64,000 nucleotides of DNA from Minisyncoccota bacterium. Lineage in GTDB: Bacteria; Patescibacteriota; Minisyncoccia; Phycocordibacterales; CSBR16-193. Shown here piece after piece: positions 8,789 through 17,878 of the stretch; within the stretch, counting starts at the first letter, position 1; every line of letters starts with the position of its first letter. Location: positions 395,095-459,094 of the forward strand of contig JBBDRA010000003.1 of assembly GCA_040905715.1 (NCBI GenBank), written 5' to 3'. A program made the translations under genes and the position numbers. Below the pieces are notes generated by a model, which searched no databases, had not been told where the DNA came from, and worked only from the letters and a program-made list of their open reading frames with translations.

Positions 8789-9910
8789 ATGAAAATAGTA
8801 TTTACCGGAGGCGGAACAGGCGGACACTTCTACCCGATCATAGCCGTTGCTGAACAGCTCCAGAAAAAACTAGAGAACGAACACCAGAGCGATTCGTCAA
8901 CGCTGTACTATATTGCTCCCGAAGCATACGACGAAGCGATGCTTCAAGCTGTCGGACTACAGTATGACAGCATCCCGGCCGGCAAAGTGCGACGGTATTT
9001 TTCCTTTCAAAACGTACTCGATGTTTTTAAAACCATTGCCGGTATTTTCTTGGCTATTTGGAAACTATTCTTACTCTATCCTGATGCCGTATTTGCGAAA
9101 GGCGCGTACGGGAGCGTGCCGGTACTCTGGGCGGCTCGTATACTACGTATCCCGGTCGTGATCCACGAATCAGACAGTGTGCCCGGCAGAACAAATAGGT
9201 GGGCCGCAAAATTTGCTACTAGAATCGCTGTTTCCTACAAAGATGCCGCTCGTTATTTTCCAAAGGAAAAGGTTGCCCACACCGGCCAGCCGGTACGAGA
9301 ACATATTCAGAAACCAATTAAGGAAGGGGCTCGAGATCACTTTGGCATCACATCAGACGTGCCGGTATTACTGATACTTGGCGGGTCACAAGGAGCACAG
9401 AACATTAACAGCGCGATCATTAACGTATTACCTCAACTCCTCAATGAGTACGTTGTGATCCATCAGACAGGGGAGGGGAATCTCGAAGAAACAAGTGAGG
9501 TGGCACGAGCGATCCTTCATGAACATGAACACGGTGAACGTTATATTCCGGTTGGCTCACTGAATAGCACCGAAATGGCGTACGCGGCGGGTGCGGCGTC
9601 GCTTGTGATTTCTCGAGCCGGATCAACGATCTTTGAGATCGCTCAGTGGGGGATTCCGAGTATTATAATTCCGATTGAAGACTCAAATGGAGACCATCAG
9701 CGTACAAACGCCTTTTCCTACGCCCGCATCGGCGCCGCAAGCGTTGTCGAAGAGTCAAATCTCACAGTCAATATTCTTCCTTCAGAGATCCGACGAATTC
9801 TCAAGCAGCCAGAGGTGTATGAACAGATGAAGAAAAGCACCCAATTCTTCGTATACCCTGACGCCGCAGAGATCATTGCTAACGAACTCTACACCATTGC
9901 ACAGCACTAA
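8789..9910 (+). CDS. murG: Undecaprenyl-PP-MurNAc-pentapeptide-UDPGlcNAc GlcNAc transferase
   Basis: N-terminal GGTGGHFYP glycine loop; GT-B fold length; position after ftsW. Confidence 0.85.
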   Translation: MKIVFTGGGTGGHFYPIIAVAEQLQKKLENEHQSDSSTLYYIAPEAYDEAMLQAVGLQYDSIPAGKVRRYFSFQNVLDVFKTIAGIFLAIWKLFLLYPDAVFAKGAYGSVPVLWAARILRIPVVIHESDSVPGRTNRWAAKFATRIAVSYKDAARYFPKEKVAHTGQPVREHIQKPIKEGARDHFGITSDVPVLLILGGSQGAQNINSAIINVLPQLLNEYVVIHQTGEGNLEETSEVARAILHEHEHGERYIPVGSLNSTEMAYAAGAASLVISRAGSTIFEIAQWGIPSIIIPIEDSNGDHQRTNAFSYARIGAASVVEESNLTVNILPSEIRRILKQPEVYEQMKKSTQFFVYPDAAEIIANELYTIAQH

Positions 9911-9930
9911 CACCAGAACTAAAACTATTT

Positions 9931-11304
9931 ATGAATTCAGACCCATCAGCAGCGATCATAACTCGTTTCCCACCCTCACCAACAGGGGTTCTTCATGTTG
10001 GTAGCTACCGCACAGCCCTCTACAGCTGGTTATATGCACGGCAGAATAACGGTACCTTTGTTCTTCGAATCGAAGACACGGACAAGGAACGAAGTACTCC
10101 GGAATTCGAAACGAATATTTACGAGAGCCTTAACTGGCTCGGCATCGAGGCCGATGACGCATACAGGCAGTCCGATCGTAGTGCCCGTCACGCCGAGGTG
10201 CTCCAACAACTTATTGATAACGGACAAGCATATATATCAAAAGAAGAAGTCAAAAAAGAAGGACAGCGAGCAGAAGTGATCCGCTTTAAAAACCCGAACG
10301 AAGAGGTCGTGTTTCGTGATGCAGTGCGAGGAGACGTTACATTTGATACAACCGACCTAGGAGATTTTGTAATAGCCAAAAGCATGAACGAGCCGCTCTA
10401 CCATCTAGCAGTTGTTGTTGACGACTACGACTCCGGCATCACTCACGTCATTCGCGGTGAAGACCATATATCAAATACACCTCGTCATATACTGATCCAG
10501 AAAGCGATCCAGGCACCTCGTCCGATCTATGCGCATATACCGCTTATACTAGCAACGGACAAAAGCAAACTATCCAAAAGAAACGGAGCCCGAGCGATCC
10601 TTGAATATCGTGATGAGGGATTTCTCCCTGACGCAATTTTAAACTACATGGCTCTCTTGGGCTGGAACCCGGGAACTGAACAAGAAATATTTTCCCGTGA
10701 TGAACTTCTTAAGGAATTCTCACTTGAACGCATCCACAAAGGCGGGGCAATATTCAGTGAAGAAAAAATGCGCTGGATAAATCGTGAACACATTAAACGT
10801 CTTCCAGTAGACACTCTTCATACATTCCTGCGAGAATTCCTTTTGCGATCACCGCGATTAACCGAGAAGAAATGGAAACTAACGAACGAGGTCTTTGATC
10901 GTATCGTACCTATCATAACTGAGCGGATCGAGACCTTTAAGGATGCCACTGAGCTGCTCACCAGCGGCGAGCTTGATTATTTTTTCGAAGCCCCGACCTA
11001 CCCTGACGCACAAGCACTCGTTTGGAAAAAGAGCACCCTTGAAAAAGCACGCGAGCACCTATCTACTGTATACAACACTCTTGAGGGTCTGCCGGAAAAT
11101 GCATTCGAGTACGACAAGCTAAAGGAGTCGCTCTGGGACTATGCAGAGGCAGAAGGGAAAGGGGATGTTCTCTGGCCACTTCGCTACGCCCTTTCCGGGA
11201 AAGAAAAGTCACCTGACCCATTTACATTAACTGAAGCACTCGGAAAAACAGAAACACTTACGCGCGTAAAAAACGCTCAACAAAAACTAGATTCAGCGTT
11301 ATAA
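9931..11304 (+). CDS. gltX: Glutamyl-tRNA synthetase
   Basis: RFPPSPTGVLHVGSYRTALYSWLYA (HIGH region), FVLRIEDTD, and KLSKR (KMSKS variant). Confidence 0.85.
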   Translation: MNSDPSAAIITRFPPSPTGVLHVGSYRTALYSWLYARQNNGTFVLRIEDTDKERSTPEFETNIYESLNWLGIEADDAYRQSDRSARHAEVLQQLIDNGQAYISKEEVKKEGQRAEVIRFKNPNEEVVFRDAVRGDVTFDTTDLGDFVIAKSMNEPLYHLAVVVDDYDSGITHVIRGEDHISNTPRHILIQKAIQAPRPIYAHIPLILATDKSKLSKRNGARAILEYRDEGFLPDAILNYMALLGWNPGTEQEIFSRDELLKEFSLERIHKGGAIFSEEKMRWINREHIKRLPVDTLHTFLREFLLRSPRLTEKKWKLTNEVFDRIVPIITERIETFKDATELLTSGELDYFFEAPTYPDAQALVWKKSTLEKAREHLSTVYNTLEGLPENAFEYDKLKESLWDYAEAEGKGDVLWPLRYALSGKEKSPDPFTLTEALGKTETLTRVKNAQQKLDSAL

Positions 11305-11357
11305 TAGCTTTACGTTACAAATTTCGTAATTAAGAGTTCGTAAGGTATCATATACTG

Positions 11358-12704
11358 TTGATGCAACTATTTCTAAAACACTGGCGTGAGCTCATATTCG
11401 GACTCTTTAGCGTTGCTCTCCTGGCAACAAGCATTGTTGCTGGCCCAACCGGCCTACAGGGAAGCGAGATCGATGACCTTCGTAGGCATATCCAAGAGAG
11501 ACAAGGGCAGATCGACAACCTAGAAAAGGAGATCAAAAAATACGAAAACGAGCTCAACCAAACCAGCGCTGAAGCAGAAACCATTGAGCAAAAATTAGCT
11601 GAATTGAGAGCCTCCCGATCAAAACTTGAAGCAGAGATAGGAGTTGCTCAAAACCAGATCTCTTCTAAGAGCTATACCATAGACAAGCTAGCGCTTGAAA
11701 TGGGCGACATTGAAGAACGTGTTGCACTCCACCGAGAAGCGGTAGCTGAGATCCTCCGAGAAATAGATCAAGAGGACAATACCACATTGATCGAAGCAAT
11801 GTTGATCCACGGCACTATTTCCGGCCTCTGGGATGAGATAGAATCACTCGACCAGCTCCAGGAAGGAGTGCATTCACGGATTGAGTCACTTATAGAACTG
11901 AGGGAAGAAATGGAAGAAAAGCAGATCGAGACGATCCAAACCAAAGAAGAACTTGAAAAGTGGCGTGCCACACTGAGCGACAAGAAACAAATACTAGAGA
12001 GCAACGAACACGAGCAATCAAAAGTGCTTGGTGCAACTCGAAGCAAGGAGGAGCAGTATCGAGCTATCTTGGCCGAGAAAAACCGTCAACATGAGGAATT
12101 TGAAAAGGATGTAGCACGACTTGAATCCGAGCTTCAGATCGCCATTGACCCGAACAAGTTCCCGGAAAGAGGGACCGGTGTATTAGCAAGCCCGGTACCT
12201 GACATGTCACTACGTTCATGTTGGGACGGTGGAGGAAGCCATGCCAACTGTGTTACCCAATACTTTGGACACACAAGCTTTTCAAAACGCACAGCTGCCT
12301 ATAAAGGCAACGGGCACAACGGTCTTGATTTTCGAACGAGTGTCGGCACTCCAATCTCCGCACCACTTGGCGGAGTAGTAAGAGCAACAGGCAACACTGA
12401 TGCTATACCGGGTTGCTACTCGTATGGTAAATGGGTGCTCCTAGAGCATTCGAACGGCCTTTCTACCATGTACGCTCATCTTTCCTTAATTAAAGTATCA
12501 CAAGGTCAAGGCGTATCTACGGGAGACGTGATCGGGTACGCCGGAAATACAGGATTCTCGACCGGACCACACCTTCACTTCACCGTATACGCTACCGAGG
12601 GTGTGCGTGTGGTAAAATATACTAGCAGCAACGGATGCAAAGATGCGACCATTCCGATCGCCGACCTTAATGCATATCTAGACCCGATCGACTACCTGAA
12701 ATAA
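11358..12704 (+). CDS. M23-family murein endopeptidase with N-terminal coiled-coil (EnvC/LytM-like)
   Basis: Signal peptide, ~250 aa of heptad-rich coiled coil, then the M23 core HNGLDF...GYAGNTGFSTGPHLHF. Confidence 0.75.
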   Translation: MMQLFLKHWRELIFGLFSVALLATSIVAGPTGLQGSEIDDLRRHIQERQGQIDNLEKEIKKYENELNQTSAEAETIEQKLAELRASRSKLEAEIGVAQNQISSKSYTIDKLALEMGDIEERVALHREAVAEILREIDQEDNTTLIEAMLIHGTISGLWDEIESLDQLQEGVHSRIESLIELREEMEEKQIETIQTKEELEKWRATLSDKKQILESNEHEQSKVLGATRSKEEQYRAILAEKNRQHEEFEKDVARLESELQIAIDPNKFPERGTGVLASPVPDMSLRSCWDGGGSHANCVTQYFGHTSFSKRTAAYKGNGHNGLDFRTSVGTPISAPLGGVVRATGNTDAIPGCYSYGKWVLLEHSNGLSTMYAHLSLIKVSQGQGVSTGDVIGYAGNTGFSTGPHLHFTVYATEGVRVVKYTSSNGCKDATIPIADLNAYLDPIDYLK

Positions 12705-12718
12705 TAGAAGAGTACCGT

Positions 12719-12901
12719 ATGGCAAGACATCCATCACATGATAAATCGGGGAGTAGTGGATTTATCAGACATGTAATTCTTGTCGTCGTCGCCTTATTAT
12801 TCATCCAATTCTATTTTGGCGTTGATGTATATGGCTGGCTGCTGTCCTGGGGACCACTTTTCGACCAGTATCTGATACAACCGATAGCATCACTGTTTTA
12901 A
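12719..12901 (+). CDS. Hypothetical small membrane protein
   Basis: 60-aa ORF with one hydrophobic helix; no recognised motif; RBS unclear. Confidence 0.2.
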   Translation: MARHPSHDKSGSSGFIRHVILVVVALLFIQFYFGVDVYGWLLSWGPLFDQYLIQPIASLF

Positions 12902-13634
12902 ATCTGTTTTTAATACAGGAAAATATTGTGCGAACCTAATTTACAATAACTCTACCTATGCCAAAAATACTAAAACGAATTCTGTTCTTTCTCTTACTGC
13001 CGATCTACGGGCCGATCTATCTCTTTTTAAATCTGACCGGGGAATGGTGGGAAGGATTACTTGATTAAGTTTTTTTATTACTGTTTTATTTCTGTACGAT
13101 CGCAATTAAGTATCAAGAGTTACGATCGAAGAACATAGTTAGGACAAACTCTAAAAAATTCTATCCAAATTCAATCTCACCGGGTTATTTTATCTTCAAA
13201 GGTAGATTTGTATCTATAAATGATTTAAAACGCTCACAGAGGCGCACAGAGGCTCAATATAACCTCTAAACCGTTCGCCTGCTCATAAAAGAGCTTAACG
13301 AATGATCAACAGTACCAAAAATCAGCCCGCGCCTACAAACCTAGTGGTAGGTAGCATCCTCTAGAAAGGCTATGGGAAGAAGAGCAAACAACATTATTAA
13401 GCACGCGACCAAACGAGAATAGAGATAGAAGTAAAAAAGCATAATAATAAAAGAGGTGGGGGTAGATAGTACTAACCATGTCGTCACCACTTTTTACGCA
13501 CTTTTTTATGTATGGGCAGGGAGGTGGAAAGACGCAGGATGAGGGTTTATAATTAGACTGTGTTTATGAGAAAAAACAGGTCTTGTTCGTTTTACATATA
13601 TTGTGCGAACAATACTCTATGATACACTTATACT

Positions 13635-14585
13635 ATGAAAAGCGACAAACCTATCACTGCTCATATACTCCCCTTTCTCGATTACTGCGAGATCGAGAAA
13701 GGGCTGTCGAGTAATACTCAACGCAACTACAAACAGTACCTGCAGGTCTTTGAACTCTGGCTTACAAAGACGGGGAACAGCACTCTCCTCCCCCACAACC
13801 TTACTGCCGAACATGTTTGGGAATATCGATTATATCTTGCTCGAACCTATAAGTCCCCTGCCGGTAAGCATTTGAGTAAAAAATCTCAGAATTATTATTT
13901 GATCGCGCTCCGGGCTTTACTTAATTACTTTTCTGATCGCGACATGGGGTCACTACCTTCTACAAAAGTGAAACTTGCAAAGCAGAAGACCGAAGAGGCT
14001 ATATCTTTTCTTGAATACAACGACATTGAATCCATTGTGGCAGTACCGGACACTTCTACCCCGAAAGGTCTGCGAGACCGAGCGATTATGGAACTCCTGT
14101 TTTCATCAGGAATGCGTATTGCGGAACTCGTCGCGCTTGATCAAGATCAAATGTCTTTTCTCAAGGACGGCTCAACTGACAAAACATATGAGCTTGCGAT
14201 CGTAGGCAAAGGCAATCGTGTTCGTACAATTTTCATCTCTCCTCGAGCAGCTCAGTGGCTTCGCGAATATCTTGGTTCACGAGGTGATGTAGAGAAACCA
14301 CTTTTCAGTAACATCCGATCACGTGACCCGGGAAACAAGCGACTCTCTCCCCGATATATTCAAAAGATGATCTCCCAATGCGCCATGCTTGCCGGCATCT
14401 CAAAGAAAGTAACTCCGCACACGCTTCGCCACACATACGCCACCGACCTTCTCTCCCACGGAGCAGACCTCAGAAGTGTACAAGAGCTTCTTGGTCACAA
14501 AAATGTCTCCACTACTCAGGTATACACACACGTCACCAACAAACAGCTTAAAAATATTCACGAAAAATTTCACGGTAAGAAATAA
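13635..14585 (+). CDS. xerD: Tyrosine site-specific recombinase, XerC/XerD-like
   Basis: N-terminal core-binding domain (LDYCEIEKGLSSNTQRNYKQYL); catalytic R...HTLRHTYAT...LGHKNVSTTQVYTHV with R-H-R-Y residues in the XerD arrangement. Confidence 0.8.
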   Translation: MKSDKPITAHILPFLDYCEIEKGLSSNTQRNYKQYLQVFELWLTKTGNSTLLPHNLTAEHVWEYRLYLARTYKSPAGKHLSKKSQNYYLIALRALLNYFSDRDMGSLPSTKVKLAKQKTEEAISFLEYNDIESIVAVPDTSTPKGLRDRAIMELLFSSGMRIAELVALDQDQMSFLKDGSTDKTYELAIVGKGNRVRTIFISPRAAQWLREYLGSRGDVEKPLFSNIRSRDPGNKRLSPRYIQKMISQCAMLAGISKKVTPHTLRHTYATDLLSHGADLRSVQELLGHKNVSTTQVYTHVTNKQLKNIHEKFHGKK

Positions 14586-14614
14586 GCAACAGAAAGCATA
14601 TAGATGGAACGAAC

Positions 14615-14645
14615 AAAAACCTCTCGCCAAAGGCGAGAGGTTTTT
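14615..14645. terminator. Bidirectional intrinsic terminator
   Basis: AAAAACCTCTCGCCAAAGGCGAGAGGTTTTT: perfect 9-bp GC stem with A-run before and T-run after; lies between xerD (+) and a convergent minus-strand gene. Confidence 0.65.
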
Positions 14646-14651
14646 GAGATG

Positions 14652-15137
14652 CTATCGTTGAGCGATCTGACTTCTTCCCGACCAACACGGTTTAGATGCT
14701 GACCATGGCTGAAGTCCTTGATCCTCGTAGAGAAGCTTGGCATATGCCAGGTTTCCCTCAAGACTGTAAATGTTGTAACCGAGCTCTTCCGCGCGTTCGA
14801 GGTGGTATCGCTCGTTGATCTGCATGACACCAACGTCATTTGAATCAACATAACCTCGTAAAACAGAACCGTTCTCTTTATACTGTCTTACTCGAGACTC
14901 ACACCAAGCGACATCATACATCTCCGGTGAATCAGCGAAATAAGCGCGCACGATCTCGTCGGTAGTTAATCCTTTGTTTGATCCTTCCTTATCTGCCTGA
15001 GCCTCATCAACATCATTACTTTGGGCAATTTCAGCATCCTGTTGCTCGCTTTGCTCAACTGCAATAACGTTTATCGGTTCAAGTGATATCGGTGAATCAG
15101 CGGTAACTCCTGCTACTGATATATGCGTTACAAGCAT
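14652..15137 (-). CDS. Secreted transglycosylase-like (lysozyme-like/Rpf-type) domain protein
   Basis: N-terminal signal peptide; AWCESRV...GVMQINERYH matches the CES...G.FQI core of the transglycosylase-like domain. Confidence 0.5.
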   Translation of the reverse strand: MLVTHISVAGVTADSPISLEPINVIAVEQSEQQDAEIAQSNDVDEAQADKEGSNKGLTTDEIVRAYFADSPEMYDVAWCESRVRQYKENGSVLRGYVDSNDVGVMQINERYHLERAEELGYNIYSLEGNLAYAKLLYEDQGLQPWSASKPCWSGRSQIAQR

Positions 15138-15822
15138 TCCAATCGTTGCAAGACGTAATATAAGCCTATCACTAGTAGTAATGCCCTTATATCAAGCCGG
15201 GTACCACAATTACTAGAGAGGACTTCCCTCTCTACAACCGCAGTGAGTGAGAAAAAGTGGCTTGCTAAGGGGTGCTCTCGTCTCATTTCGTGCAGGGTCA
15301 ACCCATCGATCCTGCTGTGAAATGACGAGATCTCCGCAGCCTTCAACAGGTATACAATAACACACTGTTATATTTTGTCAAGTATTTTTGAATTTAAGTT
15401 TAACTCTCCTGGATCCGTGGTATAGACGGGATCACAGACGCCAAAAATGAACTGAAAACAAAAAAATGCCGGCTACGGCAACGCAGATAAACTAGCACAC
15501 TTCCCTCTTCCTTGCAAGAGATATTTCAATAATACTGCTCTATTGAGCGTTATTTTATAAATACCATACTTGTGAATACGTTGCACCATTCTATCGAATC
15601 AGTAAGGCAGACAAGTAGAGTGATATTTACTCTGTTCCCTCCCCTTGCCTAACTCAACTGTACTTTCATTAGGATATGTGAGGTTTTTTGAGCATACTTT
15701 TTTTCATACGAGCTATACCTGGACAGTACCTAGACATTTTTCTAATATGTGATATAACTGTTTCAGTAATTCTTACGTATTTTGTTCAACCTGGCAGGGA
15801 CCGCCAACCATGGAGAAAGGCC

Positions 15823-16170
15823 ATGAAAGAAATTATGAGGAAAAGAGAGGAAAAGATCCGAGCGTTCCACCGAATGACCGCAGAGGAAGATCTCTGGGGA
15901 ATCTATGAGTTCTGCCAAAGGGACCGGAGACTCACTGTGCTGTGGAAGGACATGTGCGAATATGCCAGCGTCTACCATAGGCACGCCGTTCGTCCACTTG
16001 CAAGAAAGTTTAAAGAAGGACGAGGGGTCTCTGAGGCAGAGAAGATTTTCTACCTCTACCTACAGGCTGAGTTCCTCAGGAGACAGCAGATGCTTCGAAA
16101 ACAGCTTGCGAAAAAAGGCAAAGAGATGAAAGCTGTTTACGCTTCCACGTTGGCAAACAAGTTCTGTTAA
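15823..16170 (+). CDS. Hypothetical protein with atypical codon usage (AGG/AGA/CGA-rich)
   Basis: Internal Met with RBS GGAGAAAGG 7 nt upstream (the ORF track starts at 15688); basic, helical 115-aa product; ends at a strong intrinsic terminator. Confidence 0.35.
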   Translation: MKEIMRKREEKIRAFHRMTAEEDLWGIYEFCQRDRRLTVLWKDMCEYASVYHRHAVRPLARKFKEGRGVSEAEKIFYLYLQAEFLRRQQMLRKQLAKKGKEMKAVYASTLANKFC

Positions 16171-16203
16171 CCGCCCCAGCAGTATGGCTGCGGGCGGTTT
16201 TTC
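16171..16203 (+). terminator. Intrinsic terminator
   Basis: CCGCCCCAGCAGTATGGCTGCGGGCGGTTTTTC. Confidence 0.55.
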
Positions 16204-16222
16204 ATTTTAATAGCTACGCCTT

Positions 16223-16432
16223 TTACTCCTTAGGGTGCCATTTACCATCACTTCCCTTTTCGTATTTTTCCTTAACTGCCGCCCAGGCAACACGGGCAGC
16301 GCGACTTTCTTCTCCGTCATATTGCTCCATTGCACTATTGTACGCCTCCATCCAAATATCCTGTGCGTGAGGCACGTCCTCTAATGGATCTTGAACCTGC
16401 TTTGGAAGATCTTCCCTTTTTGAATATGGCAT
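16223..16432 (-). CDS. chaB: ChaB-family protein
   Basis: MPYSKREDLPKQVQDPLEDVPHAQDIWMEAYNSAMEQY...AARVAWAAVKEKYEKGSDGKWHPKE aligns with ChaB along its full length. Confidence 0.7.
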   Translation of the reverse strand: MPYSKREDLPKQVQDPLEDVPHAQDIWMEAYNSAMEQYDGEESRAARVAWAAVKEKYEKGSDGKWHPKE

Positions 16433-16559
16433 GCAATAAAAGACACACCTCCGGACAGATGATTACACAAATACTTCCTGTCGGGAGTATTTTGACGCAG
16501 TACTTCGCACTATCGTGCTTGCACTGCGTAGCTCGATGCGGCAGCATCGAGCGAAGCAG

Positions 16560-16632
16560 TGGACCTGAGGGGATTTGAACCCCTTGCCTCACGCATGCCA
16601 TGCGTGCGCTCTACCAATTGAGCTACAGGCCC
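16560..16632 (-). tRNA. tRNA-Ala (anticodon GGC)
   Basis: Reverse complement folds as a 73-nt cloverleaf: acceptor GGGCCTG/CAGGTCC with a G3:U70 pair (Ala identity element), D-arm GCTC-AATTGGTA-GAGC, anticodon stem-loop CACGC-ATGGCAT-GCGTG, T-arm AGGGG-TTCAAAT-CCCCT, discriminator A. CCA not encoded. Confidence 0.85.
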
Positions 16633-16688
16633 CAGTGAGGAGCGGTCGAAAGCTTGCTTTCGTTCCGTCCGAACGCCGGGTCTGCAAG
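16623..16688. repeat. 66-bp direct repeat, copy A (tRNA-Ala first 11 nt plus 5' leader)
   Basis: CTACAGGCCCCAGTGAGGAGCGGTCGAAAGCTTGCTTTCGTTCCGTCCGAA[CGCCGGG]TCTGCAAG; about 63/66 identical to copy C. Confidence 0.75.
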
Positions 16689-16842
16689 ATCTTCTTACAG
16701 GCCCGAGTGAGAAGCAGAATGCAAATTTTTAATTTATATTCTCTTCGAACGAGGGTTTGCAAGCTTTGCTTACTCCAACAAGCGAAGGAGAAAACAAAAG
16801 TTTACTTTTATTTTTCCTGAGCGCAGTTGGAGCAGGCTTTGC

Positions 16843-16908
16843 CTACAGGCCCCAGTGAGGAGCGGTCGAAAGCTTGCTTTCGTTCCGTCCGAATGCTGAG
16901 TCTGCAAG
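16843..16908. repeat. 66-bp direct repeat, copy C
   Basis: Same sequence as copy A with 3 mismatches (TGCTGAG in place of CGCCGGG), 220 bp upstream of copy A on the minus strand. A degenerate third copy lies at 16694-16722. Confidence 0.75.
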
Positions 16909-16985
16909 TTTCGTCTAACCCCTCCTCCTATCTGCTAGAGAATACCACATGTCTCGAACGATAGAAATAATAATACTCCGAATCT

Positions 16986-17867
16986 CTATTCTTTCGTATG
17001 GGACGTAGCAGATGAGACGCACCGACCACAACACTCTCCCCTATCTTCAGACGAGCACGACGTACAACAGATAAAATGCCTATTGCACTCAGCCTCTTTG
17101 CAATTAATATACCGTTCGCACTTTTCTTCACACAGCTCACAGTGACCAACAACATCCGACGAGGAAGTATCCATTACAACACGACCGTCAAATACATACA
17201 ATTTCCCCTTGAAATGCTTTCCCGGGTACTTCTTCACATACTGATCAATTCCACCCTGGAGCTGATACACATTCTTTAATCCTCCCTGTTTAAGCACGTG
17301 AGCAGTCGCCTTTTCACAACGTACCCCTCCGGTACAAACAGACACAACAGGGCGATCTCCAAGGTCTTTTACTTTTTCCGGAAGCTTTTGAACATCACGA
17401 AAGGTATTCATGCCTGATGGTACTGTTTTATCTAAACACCCGACCGCAAGCTCGTAGTCATTTCGCATATCAAGCACATAGAACTCCCTACCTTCTTCAT
17501 ACCATTTATGCAGTTCATCCGGAGTAATATATGGTGCACTCTCCTTACTAGGATCCACTCCCTTCACACCCGAGCTCACGATCTCATTACGTACCTTTAT
17601 CGATAGTTTTGGAAAAGAAGAACCGGTGCCCTCGCTCTTCTTGAAAACAATATCCGCAAATCGCGCATCCTTCTTGAGTGTCTCACAGTACACCTCGATA
17701 CTCTCTGATTCCCCCTCAAGGGTTCCATTTATACCCTCTTCAGCAAGAATAACCCGTCCGGTCAGACCAAGCTCACTACACAGCTTCCACTGGGCATCAC
17801 GAAGAGCAGCAGGATCTTCAACGGTAACGTACTTGTAATATAGAATGACATTGTGACTGCTTTGCAT
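16986..17867 (-). CDS. trhO: Rhodanese-domain tRNA U34 hydroxylase TrhO (YceA/UPF0176)
   Basis: VILYYKYVTVEDP...GRVILAEEGINGT N-domain; rhodanese core FYVLDMRNDYE...VCTGGVRCEKA; Cys-rich C-terminus. Confidence 0.8.
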   Translation of the reverse strand: MQSSHNVILYYKYVTVEDPAALRDAQWKLCSELGLTGRVILAEEGINGTLEGESESIEVYCETLKKDARFADIVFKKSEGTGSSFPKLSIKVRNEIVSSGVKGVDPSKESAPYITPDELHKWYEEGREFYVLDMRNDYELAVGCLDKTVPSGMNTFRDVQKLPEKVKDLGDRPVVSVCTGGVRCEKATAHVLKQGGLKNVYQLQGGIDQYVKKYPGKHFKGKLYVFDGRVVMDTSSSDVVGHCELCEEKCERYINCKEAECNRHFICCTSCSSEDRGECCGRCVSSATSHTKE

Positions 17868-17878
17868 AGGTAGTTACT

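Noticed and set aside
15128-15346. 72-aa minus-strand ORF upstream of the transglycosylase-like gene; also 30635-30865 (76 aa)
   Set aside because: No RBS, odd composition, and they overlap hairpin-rich non-coding DNA; judged spurious. A cyclic-di-AMP (ydaO-type) riboswitch was considered for the first because of the cell-wall-hydrolase context, but the conserved ACGGGGTGAATCC-type core was not found.
12902-16632. Classical tRNA-targeted integrative island (tRNA-Ala ... integrase)
   Set aside because: The tyrosine recombinase has XerC/XerD housekeeping hallmarks (LGHKNVSTTQVYTHV, XerD-type N-domain). No copy of the tRNA-Ala 3' end (GGATTTGAACC...) is present in 12.9-13.6 kb. The duplicated segment is the tRNA 5' end and leader, not an attL/attR pair.
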